From Moniliella sp. 'wahieum' (lineage: Eukaryota), in NCBI GenBank assembly GCA_003971905.1, contig RSEE01000048.1:248001-312000 (forward strand): a stretch of 64,000 nucleotides of DNA. The letters run 5' to 3'. Made by a program: the position numbers and the translations under genes. The notes below the pieces were generated by a model. It saw only the letters and a program-made list of their open reading frames with translations. It did not search any database and was not told the DNA's origin. This document shows, in pieces, positions 47,279-57,570 of the stretch. The first letter of the stretch is position 1; each line of letters opens with the position of its first letter.

Positions 47279-47859
47279 ATGATTGGCGCTGCTCTCGTCG
47301 CACTGCCCTCCCCGCCGCCCGGGCCGTCGTGCGCCCCGCTGCGCTCCCGCGCTCGCGCGGGTACGCGCGGCCCCGGTTTCCGACCAGCTGAAGCTCAAGT
47401 TCCTCCTGCCCCACGAGGCGGCCATTCCGGAACAGACGGTGGTTCAGGTCAACGCCTCTACCGCTACGGGTGACATTGGTATCCTGTCCAACCACGTGCC
47501 CACGTTTGAGCAGCTCAAGCCCGGTGTCGTGGAGGTGACCAAGGAGGGTGCGGCCGGCGAGAAGTACTTCGTCTCGTCCGGCTTTTTGGCCGTCCACCCC
47601 AACAACACCCTCGACATCACTGCTGTCGAGGCCTTCCCGCTCGACTCGTTCCCCAGAGGTGCGTCCTCTGCCGTGCTGGAGTTAACGAGAAGAACCACTG
47701 ACAGTATCATTTCTTTGTGTCTCTTCATCACAGGCCGTCAAGGCGAACTTGGCCGAGGCCCAGAAGGTCGCCGCCGGCTCGGGCAGTGAGATCAGCAAGG
47801 CCGAGGCGGAGATTGAGATTGAGGTTCTCACCGCCCTCGAGACTGCACTCAAGGGCTAA
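47279..47859 (+). CDS. ATP16: Mitochondrial ATP synthase F1 delta subunit
   Basis: LKLKFLLPHE...VVQVNASTATGDIGILSNHVPTFEQLKPGVVEV...YFVSSGFLAVHPNNTLDITAVEAFPL; intron about 47659-47733; AVKANLAEAQK...AEAEIEIEVLTALETALKG*. Confidence 0.97.
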
Positions 47860-48212
47860 ACAGCTTGACTCGGCGCTGGCAGACCCAATGAGTCGGTAGA
47901 TCCGAGATTCAGCCTGCCTTCTTGTCTCTGCCGACGCTCACGAGCTGGACAGGCCCCTTGCCCTGAATGCACATGAGAAGACAATCTAAGGGCCCTGTCT
48001 GGATGTGTACACTTAGCTAGCTTGTCAACCAACACCCTGGAGAAAAGGCCTACGAGGATGCACACCTACTCCCACTGTCGGGAAAACTGGTATGCTTACT
48101 AGTTGGCAAAACCAGAGATATGCACTTCCGGCTGGACGGGACGGGGACGAGGGGGATCATTCCTACCATGCTGCCATGACTGTACAGTCAACTCCACTCC
48201 AAGGGGGTCAGT

Positions 48213-49028
48213 TTAAGTGTAGTTCTCAACTGTATCAGGCCAGTAAGGTCAGCTAGGGCGAGAAGGTCACAAAAAGGGGAACGAATGAATCACGCACCTG
48301 GGAAATAGTCGAACTTGTCATGCGGAATGTCGCCGACTTTCTTCGTCATGGCATAGTTGGCATTGGCCGTGGGCGGCACAGGCGGCAGGGCGGAAACCGA
48401 GTAGAGCGGCTTGGCGCCTTGTTCCGAAACAGTGGCCAGTGCATCTGTAAACGCTTGAGGCTCACTGTACTTGTCAATCGCCGCCTGGCGTGCCGCCTCC
48501 ACGGGCAAGGGAGTGGGGTCAGCGGCCAGAGCCGGCTCGGCGAGCGTCTTGTACCCTTCAGGCGTAGGCTCGGCCAACGCAAGGCCAGTAAGGATAGACT
48601 GGGTAATGGCGATGGTGCGGGGATAGCTACGGCGAGCATCCCGCTTCAGGTACATGTGGCCAGCCGGGTCAGAGGCGACACTGGGGGGCGTGCTGTGGTG
48701 CTCGGGCCGCGAGCCAGGCTTCGGGTTGCGGTACAGCTCGTGGCGTGGGATACCGTTGCTGATCCCGGGTTGGGGATGACAAAGTCGGAAAAGGGCGCCA
48801 GAAGGGGGACGTGCCACCGGGACGGACGTGGTACTCGTGGCCGTCCACGGGGTTTTCGGTAGTGTGGTCACCGCGGTTGCGCACCAGACCCTCTGCCTTC
48901 TCGGCAACGGCGACAGTCGCTTCCGTGTTGACGCGCCAATGGTCGGCTGTGAGCGGGGGCGATGTGGAGGATGGGAGCGAGTTGAGCGCCGAGGCGTCGC
49001 ACGCACGACGAACGGGTGAGGTGAGCAT
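48213..49028 (-). CDS. NDUFA7: NADH:ubiquinone oxidoreductase accessory subunit (NDUFA7/NUZM, 21.3 kDa type)
   Basis: YHVRPGGTSPFWR...PNPGISNGIP...YRNPKPGSRPE...ASDPAGHMYLKRDARRSYPR; last intron about 48297-48230 gives PHDKFDYFPVENYT*; start approximate. Confidence 0.8.
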
Positions 49029-49405
49029 CCTGGTGGTGGCTCGTACACACCGACAGCTGCTCAGAGGCCTCGCTAAGGCCAGCTGCTCGTGGGGGCTGCC
49101 CCAAATCTGCACCTCAGGCGGTATTTCTAATCGTCTGGTGTACGTAAGCACCTGTTGGCGCTTCCATTATTTCAAGGGTGGCAGCGGCGACGGCACTCTT
49201 TCTACGCGCGTCCCACGGTTGGGTTGGTCCGCGGGGTTAGGGTTAGCTGGACTCGTGGTGATCGAGGTGATCTGGGACGAGATCGAGAGGAGAAAGCGCG
49301 ATTGCTCGTGGTGGGGCCGCCGCGACGGTCTGAGATTCATGTGTGCAATCAGAGGTCTGATGCTAATACACTACACCCAACTGACCGCATTCTCTGCATC
49401 CCTCC

Positions 49406-50257
49406 ATGTCCACCACTCTTCCGCCCGCATACGACAGCTTGGTCGCCCCCACGCCTACCTGGCTGGGGGCATATCCTGCCTATTGTCGCAGCACCAGCCC
49501 CATCCACCTCGAACTGCGTTCACAAGGTATCATGGGCGATGTGGTCCATGCTACAGTACGTTTCCCTCCCAGACCCCCTGCCCCGTCATCCCCTTCTGCC
49601 TTCGTGTCTCCTTTTTACAACTCCGCCTCTGTGCGACGTTCAGGATACAGAAACGGCCAGGTTTATTTACATGGCGCAAATCGAGTGGCCTGTTTGCCTT
49701 TCGGCATCGCTTACCATTACGGATGGCCAGACGGGCCAAGAACTGATGATGGCCTGTCGCGATAAACTGAAGGACGAGGACGACTGGGTGGTGCAAGATC
49801 GGACGCTTACAGCTGCCTTCAAACGGCCTTCCTTCTCATCTTCCTCCTCGCTCGATCAGGCCGCCAACAATACCTCAGAAGGAGTGGTGGTGCTGCGGGT
49901 TCATCCCCCAACCCTCTGTATCGAGCTCGGCCGCTCGAGGTGATCAATTCGGTGCCAACGTCTGCCTCCCTCACCGAAAGGCCAGACGATAAGGGTGGAA
50001 CTCAGCTGTATTTGCCGGAGCAGGGGGTCCATTTGCAGGAGATGGCATGGACATACCACTTCAGCGTGGACCATTGGACACTACGAGACGAGAAAGACCG
50101 GCTGCTCATGACCATTATTCAACGAATGGGTCCCAGGTCTGAAGTGGATGTGAAGATTGAGGTGGGAATGGATGTGGCATTGGCAACTGCAATGGCATGT
50201 GAGTGCATGGCTACATTGTGCTACGAAGGGTACCTGAATGACTGCTCACCTTTCTGA
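49406..50257 (+). CDS. Uncharacterised protein, possibly LURP-one/tubby C-terminal-like
   Basis: MSTTLPPAY..., intron about 49557-49643, beta-rich body, C-terminal VKIEVGMDVALATAMAC resembling the LURP-one terminal helix. Confidence 0.4.
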
Positions 50258-50572
50258 CTTGCTTGACCTGAACAGTCATTGCCTGGTCCAAGGACCTAGT
50301 TAACACATCAGTCCGAAGTGTCGCCTCTGGAAGTTAAATGTGAAAGACGGTAATGGATATCGATAATGCAGGAGTGTTCAATGTCCTGCAGGCTTCTAAC
50401 ACCTAAGCAGGAGGGCTGACAAAACACATGACTCAATATCGGCTTTGCGCTCTATTGACACCAGCGAAGGGAAGCTGGAGGACAGGCCAAATGTAGTCAA
50501 ATGCGGAATCGTAACAAGAATGGATCTGCAAGGCTACGATGCATAAGGAGAGACCCACGGTACCGAATCTTC

Positions 50573-51357
50573 TTACCGCCCTCCCTTCTTTCCCTTTTTC
50601 CCTTTCTTTTTACCCCGCCGCCAGCTGCGCCGGACGCGGCCGCCGGAGTCGTGCCAGTGGCCGCCGGACCAGAGGAACCAGCAACACCCCCTGAACTGGA
50701 GCCCCCAACACTGATTCGCTCCCGGCACGGCCGTCTCTCCGGCAGCAAAGAGCGCATGCGCCTCTTCTTGAGCCGCCTTGGCGTCGGCCGCCTTGCTCTC
50801 CTCGATTGGCTTGACCAGGGCACGTTGCTGGCGCAGATGAGCTTTGTGAGCTTCTTGCCTCTGGTACTTGCGTCGTCCGGCACCGCGACCTGTTGATTCA
50901 AGGAAAGGGTTAGAGCTAAGCCCACATGAAGACAACAAAACGTACGCTTCGCCTTCGTGGTGTCAGCCTCGACTGGATCGCGCTTGCGAGCGTCAGGTTT
51001 CGCATGCTTGGCCCGCGTGCGGGGTTTGAGTCCGGTCTGTGTTTGAGATAGACAGGAGCGGACAAGAGCCAGGTAGCTGGTGGTGAACGAGGCAAGGTCC
51101 GAGGCCGCAACGACAGTGGCCAACTTGGTGCGCTTGGCCTGGTCGGTCTTGCCGTCGGTGACGCGGACGAGGACTGGATGCTGCCCACCTTCCATCCCGG
51201 TCGCTGGTGACGCATTCGGGGATGAAACATCAGCGTCCGTCATCTCTACATCAGCATGCCCACTGGGCATACGCTTCTGCGTGACGAACACGCTGCTGGG
51301 TGTCGCTTCGAGCAACTGGCCCAGTTGGGTTAAAAAGGCACCGTTAGGCAGGTGCAT
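50573..51357 (-). CDS. SRP14: Signal recognition particle subunit SRP14 with a basic C-terminal extension
   Basis: MHLPNGAFLTQLGQLL...SVFVTQKR...PVLVRVTDGK...KLATVV...FTTSYLALVR...GLKPRTRAK; intron about 50945-50892; ends KKKGKKGKKGGR*. Confidence 0.85.
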
Positions 51358-54054
51358 GGTGAGAGCTGGGGGGTGAATGAGTGAGGAAAGGTGTGAATCC
51401 CGACGGGTGAAGACACAATCAGGTTGCCCGGGAACAGTTCAAAGGCGCCACCGAAACGAACGTGCTCAACGGACGCGGCAGACACGGGCAGGGGTAAGGT
51501 AGTGGAAGCACGCCAAGCCCAATGCGGATGGCGCCGAGCGAACTGGTTCTTGTGACCTGCCAGTTGGGTTGAGCTACGAACATTTCGATTTTGCCAAGCG
51601 AAATTTCAGCTGTCCATCGTCGAATGATTTTTTCTTCAGCTGTTTGTGCACTGGAGGGAGCTAGCCCAAAAAGTGTATTTCATTATGGAGATGGAGCAAA
51701 CCCCGGAACGCCGGAGAAGGAGCTGCTTCTGCTGCTGCTTGAACAAGCAGAATGCGACAAGAACGCCAAGTACCAGGGACGCACCCAAGAGCCGTTTTCC
51801 CCCTTGGTTTTGACGACACGACTAGGATACTACGGAACCAAGACAGCGGGCAAGTTGTTTGCGCATTGGAAGGAGTTGGCTACTAAGTCTCAGTGGAAAT
51901 GGTTCCTTGCTCGGATGTCACCACGTTCATCCGTGTCCACGCGCGCATACCTAGGGTACGGGACCGGATGGCGAAACCGGAGGGTCCTGGTATCATGGCG
52001 GTCCCCATGGCTCCTTAACCTTGGTGGCACTTCCAAGTAACCCCACTAGATGAACGGTTAGACGTAGCGTTCCCCCCTGTCCCAGCCTTAAGCTCTGTCA
52101 ATGAAATGGACGCAACATAAATGGACAACCGTGTCTCATCGCTCAAACACAATATCTAGTATACCACGCTCACTCGTATACACTCACAGTACATTCAGTT
52201 TGGAAACGAATGGGGAGCCAGAGAGTCCTGAGCTGCGGACGATACCGTTGGCTCCTGATGGGTTAACGAACTGACAGCACCTCTTCCAGGCTGTGTTTCT
52301 TTTTGCGAGCCCTCGGTATAGGCGCGCAGCGTTTCTTGTCACCGCGCGTGAAGTGTTTATCGCAAAAGTATGAATACCTGTCTGTATCGACAGTAGACAG
52401 ATGATAAAAATGAAGACCAACGTGATGAATAACGCATCAAGCAACAATCATCATCGTATATATCAAAAAGAGGTGTAGAACTCTTCTCACCCTTCGATAC
52501 TATCTCTATTCAAGGTCTTCTTCGAGCGCCAAACATTTTGTCGTTTTTTTTTCCCCAGGAAGCGGGCGGAGGTGTTGGCGTACACCTCGTCAGGGATAGC
52601 GCGTGTATATATAGGTAACTCGACTTTTGCGCTCGAAGTAGAAAACCTTCAGGCCCTCTGCTGGTTCCCACCGCCGACAATGAGAGTGGTGCGCACGACC
52701 TTGATTGACGGCGTGCTGGCGAAGGTCATGGCGGTAGGCAGGCCGCTCGTGCCTTCCTCATTGCCCTTGGCCAGAACCACGCATTGCGTTTTAAGAACTG
52801 ATTTTCCGGGGTGACCCCGATGGCGCCGACGCCAGTGTACACAGTATGCACTGCCAAGAGCGTCCTGACCTGCCGGCTACGCCATTGGCCTCCTGATTAG
52901 GTTTGGGCGCGGGCTGTCAGTAAACGAAGGATGTGGGAGATCCTCTCGTAGGCAAAATGCTGTTCCCAGGCTCTTGTTGCTAAGTTATTATGCAAATCCT
53001 CTATGTACTGTATTCTGTTTAAAGTCGTTTTTGTATAGGCCGCCAGAAGGGAGGATATGACCCAAAGAAAGGTCAAGGAATGATAGAAGAGTACTACATT
53101 GAGAGGAGCGATACGAAACGTGCAAGCGAGACGAGAACGAAGAAGTGAGAGAAACTAAGACATAAGTTTTCGGCTCAGCCTGAGTGTTGGCGCTGGCGTT
53201 TTGACTGTGTATATGGAAGGCAGCAGATACCCCAACAACTGTGGATTGTGGAGAACAGCGGGGATAAAAGTCCTTCTGTGGCCCGCCCGGTGGCTGACGT
53301 GCTGAGCGGCTGAGGCGCACTGACCGCAGTACTCAGGTATAAAGAGGGTCGGTGGAGATCAGTGGTTCCCCACCGCGACCAACACAGGGGTGTGTGGGGA
53401 GTATATCCCCACAGGGCACCGCGCCGACCGCGGCAGGGGTGGGCCCTTACCGAGAGAGTGGCGCCTGTCTGTGGCGTGGGGAGTCAACAACCAACGGGCA
53501 AAAAGTTTGTCGGTTGCCCCGGTGACTTTCTGCCTGAGCGCTAGGCCCTGTGGCAGCGCCGCGCTCAGCTGAGCGCTGAGCACTGGTGCCATCCGCGCAC
53601 GGCGGACATCAGTACTCGCAACACGTGCCGCGTCATGCATATGCAAAACTGTTGGGCTCTCTGAAATACATCATGCACATGCATCAGCATATCATAGTGT
53701 CTTCGCTCTTGGACACAGCGTTCTTCGCGCACCAGCGGCCGTTCATGACGTTCATGGAACGACCATCCCGTCATCGACTGCGGTCATACCGGTCATACTA
53801 CGCCTTAGATCTGAGACCTTATAGGCCGCGACCTTCAGCCTCCCGGCAGCATGAGTCATCGCAGGGTTCACGTGTGTTCATGCCGTCTCGCAGCGGCCGC
53901 GGCAGCGGTCCATGACTGTCTTAGATGCGGATGTTGTACGGAGGCGCAGTGCCAGTATCGAGCATCCCTTTCACCTGAATCCGGGGCCCCCAATACCCCT
54001 CAGACAACGGGGTTGGCGCTGGCTGGCACCCGAGCGCATGACAACAGAACGCTT

Positions 54055-54090
54055 GGAAGCTTGAAGCTTGAAGCTTGACATGTGACAATT
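54055..54090. repeat. Mixed heptad array in the long region upstream of CaMK
   Basis: tgaagct tgaagct tgacatg tgacaat (TGA at 54062/54069/54076/54083). Confidence 0.85.
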
Positions 54091-55216
54091 GTGCATGCGC
54101 AGGCAGGAACAGGCGCAGCATAGCTTCCAGTCGCTCTCCCTATCTCCACGTAAAAAAGAAATATAATGCGCGGGCCTGCCAGCTATTACTTCTCTGTCAC
54201 ATGTCACGCTACTATATACGCCACGCATCATGTGCATCATGCCTCATGCGAGCGACACCACGGTGTAGCTCAGCCTGAGCGCTGAGCCTCAGTAGGTCTT
54301 CAAGCTTCAGGTTCAAAGACAGTCGCCTTGAACCCCTCCCCACAGTCCCCTCCGCGCGTTATCCAGAGACATACACCCGAGATACTGGGAATGCATCCCA
54401 TCATCGGCCACCATCAGCACCATCATCCATCAGATCACCAATAGAACACCTGGCCACGGATCAACGCATCCACCAAGTAACAAGCGCTTACGGGTTACCT
54501 GTTACCGAGCGAGTGTTTAACATTCATTTGCGCCCTGCGCGTGGATCAGGTGGGTAAGAGCGCCCCCGCCATAGAGCGCGAGAAGCCATATTTTCCCTAA
54601 TTGACTGAGAAAGCATCACAGAAGAACAAGTGACCGAGAGAAGCTATGACGCGCGCAACGTTGTGGACGTGATTGCACTACGCTATTGACGCTGTTGAAC
54701 GTGTTTCGAACGTAGTACTGCGAACATGGCTGGGTTGTACGTGTTGAATGCTCAAGCTGAGTCTTGACACTCATGAGACACTCTTGAGCCGCCGGGCTTT
54801 GGTTCAAGTGTTTTCAAGCCCGATCGAGGTAATGAGCGCATGACTTTACGTTAAGACCGTGACATCGGTGGTTACACAGATATTGCCTGTGGGATGTGTA
54901 CCCAACGCAAACAACGAACACAACTCGCCCCTTGATGCATGATGCCTCTCTCTGCCCCTCGCGGAACCAAAGCCCTGGTAAGCCCTGGCAGCCAACCCAC
55001 ATATCTTGGCCCTATATACTGTCTGTGCCCCTGTATATGCTCTCAACCAGAGAGATATATACATCGTGCACAGCTCTCCAACCCCTGACTGAGAACCACC
55101 ACCACCTTGAAGCCCGTTACCCTCTACACACAACCTTCCCCCCCATCACACCGTATCCCTCTCAAGCCAACATCTCACAGCCACCCACTTTCCTCTTTGC
55201 CCCTACACATACCAAA

Positions 55217-56982
55217 ATGGTTCTCACCAAATTGACGGGTCATCCCGACTCGTACCGCAAGCGTAAAGAATACAAAATGGGGGAGATCATCGGCGAAGGT
55301 ACCTTCGGGATCGTGCGCGAGGCCCAGTGGAAGGGACGCCAAGTGGCGGTCAAGATCATTGCCAAGCGCCTCCTCAAGGACAATGTTGGTCTGATTGAGC
55401 AAGAGCTGCAGGTCCTTAAGAAGTGTAATCATCCTAACATCATCAAGCTTTTGGATGACTTGAGAGTAAGGACAAGGTGTGCATTTCTTCCTCATTCCTT
55501 TTTCCCTTTCGTGTGGCACATCTAACGAAATTTTGATCCTTGTATTCAGTTCTACATGGTGATGGAGCAAGCTACCGGTGGAGATTTGTTCGATCGTATG
55601 ATTCGTCGCGGGACTTTAACGGAGGCTCACGCTGCTCGGGTTATTCGGTCCATTACCAGCGCTGTGGCATACCTGCACAGCCGCCACATTGTCCATCGCG
55701 ACATCAAACGGTAAACATCCTATATCGTACAAAGGATGAAAACTCCGAAGTCGTCCTGGTCGACTTCGGTGTAGCACAGGCTTTGACAAGCAAGGGAGAA
55801 CTCATGTCCTCTTTGGCTGGTTCATACGGGTTTGTGGCACCCGAGGTGCTCAGGGGCCAAGAATATGGGAACGAAGTTGACATGTGGAGTGTTGGCGTCG
55901 TGGCATACGCCATGATCTCAGGGTATACCCCCTTTAAGGGCTCCTCGCCGCAAGAGTTGTTGCAAGAAATTATGAAGCACGCCGCCGGCTTTGACGAGAA
56001 ATATTGGGGCAAAGTGAGCCTGAGGCGAGAGACTTCATCCGGTCCTGTCTAAGTATCGATTGGACAAAGCGCTTGACAGCACACCAAGCTCTTAAGCACC
56101 CTTGGCTTACAGCAAAGCATGACAATCAAACCAACTTGATTGCTGGCTTGAGGGAAAATTACGGTCGGGACAAGCTTAAGCGTCCACCCATGCCTCGCCG
56201 CACTACTCGCCTTGTTCATGTACAGCGCCGCGGCGTTGATCGCCACGAGCTGGAGAGTTCGGACGAGGAGGACAATGCGGTGGCTGAAGTGGCCGAGGAG
56301 GAGACCAACGAAGAGCCTTCTGCGCAACCCTCGTTGCCTTCCGTTATCTCCAGCTACCACCCGCCGCGTCTCAGCGACTCCCACAGCCACGTCGTCTACT
56401 CGCCCCTCCGCAACAACGTCCAGGGCGCCTACACCGTCCATCGGTGCTAGCACAGCTCCCACTTCGGCAGCCCCCTCGATGGAGATTGTACGACCGACCG
56501 ACGGCAGATCGGAAGCTAAGCCTACTTCCCCCCCATCGCCAGCGGGAGTGCCTAGTAGCTCATCTCCTCCTGGTATCTTGGGCGGCTTGGTGGGTCGGAT
56601 GACGGGCGACAAGAAGGAGCGTAGGGTATCCGACCAGCAAAGTGCATCGCCTCGTCGCAGGAGCCGTTTTAGTTTCCTTCGGATGAGCCGTTCGTCGGGC
56701 AGCCGGACCAGCCAGACCGACCAAACACGTCCGAACGTGGGAAATGGGGTGAACTCGTCTGAACAATTAGACGAGGCCACCTTTGACGATGAAGAGGAGG
56801 GAGAAGCTCGTCCTTTCCGAGCTGCGGCAAACGCATCGTCGACTCTGGCAAGCGTTCCGGGCCGTACGACGTCCATCAAAGTTGCTCCCACCAATCTTAC
56901 CACCGCGGGTGTCCAAGCGGATCTCACGCCTGTGCAGGAACATAATACACCACCACTATCGGCAGTGCCAACCCGCAGCTAG
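55217..56982 (+). CDS. CMK1: Calcium/calmodulin-dependent protein kinase (fungal CMK1/CmkA type)
   Basis: LTGHPDSYRKRKEYKMGEIIGEGTFGIVREA...VAVKII, HPNIIKL, IVHRDIK, LVDFGVA, AGSYGFVAPEVL, DMWSVGV, RLTAHQALKHPWL. Intron about 55478-55549; S/P-rich tail joined across indels. Confidence 0.9.
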
Positions 56983-57570
56983 GGTGTGGTACTATGTTTC
57001 GAGTAGCCCCACACCGGGACTCTCTACCGACGGAGACGCTAATAGTCTTCTTCAATTTTGAACCCCCTTCTCGTTATTCTCGACTTGCAGTCATCACTGG
57101 TCTATATTCAATCCACAACAGTGGGCAAGTGCAAATGGTCTCGTGTACATAGTATTCAATTGCGTCCTCTCGAGCTGTGTGTGCTTCTCGATGAATATAC
57201 CCTACCACAGTGAACTTGATGAATAGTTTACCTTTGTGTGGATATACCCCCCCGTGTACACTCCGTCTGACTACCGACAATGGCGACAAAGGATGGGATG
57301 GATGGGGGATCAATGATCCTCTTCGAGAGTGCGGACGTGTCGCTGTGCTGCTCGCAGCGATCACGTAGCTTTGGAAGCGAAGGACAGCGGTCGCACGCGG
57401 ACTTCCGGCGCCGCCTGGCGCAGGGGCTGTGTGTGGCGCAGAGCCGTCACAGCGGCGCCACGCCAGCCACCACACCAGCCTTCTTTCCGCCCAGGTCCGC
57501 GCGCCCACATCCACCCACCCGAATCCACCTACCCCCATCCTACCGCCACCGCCACCCACCTGCTCTCGCC

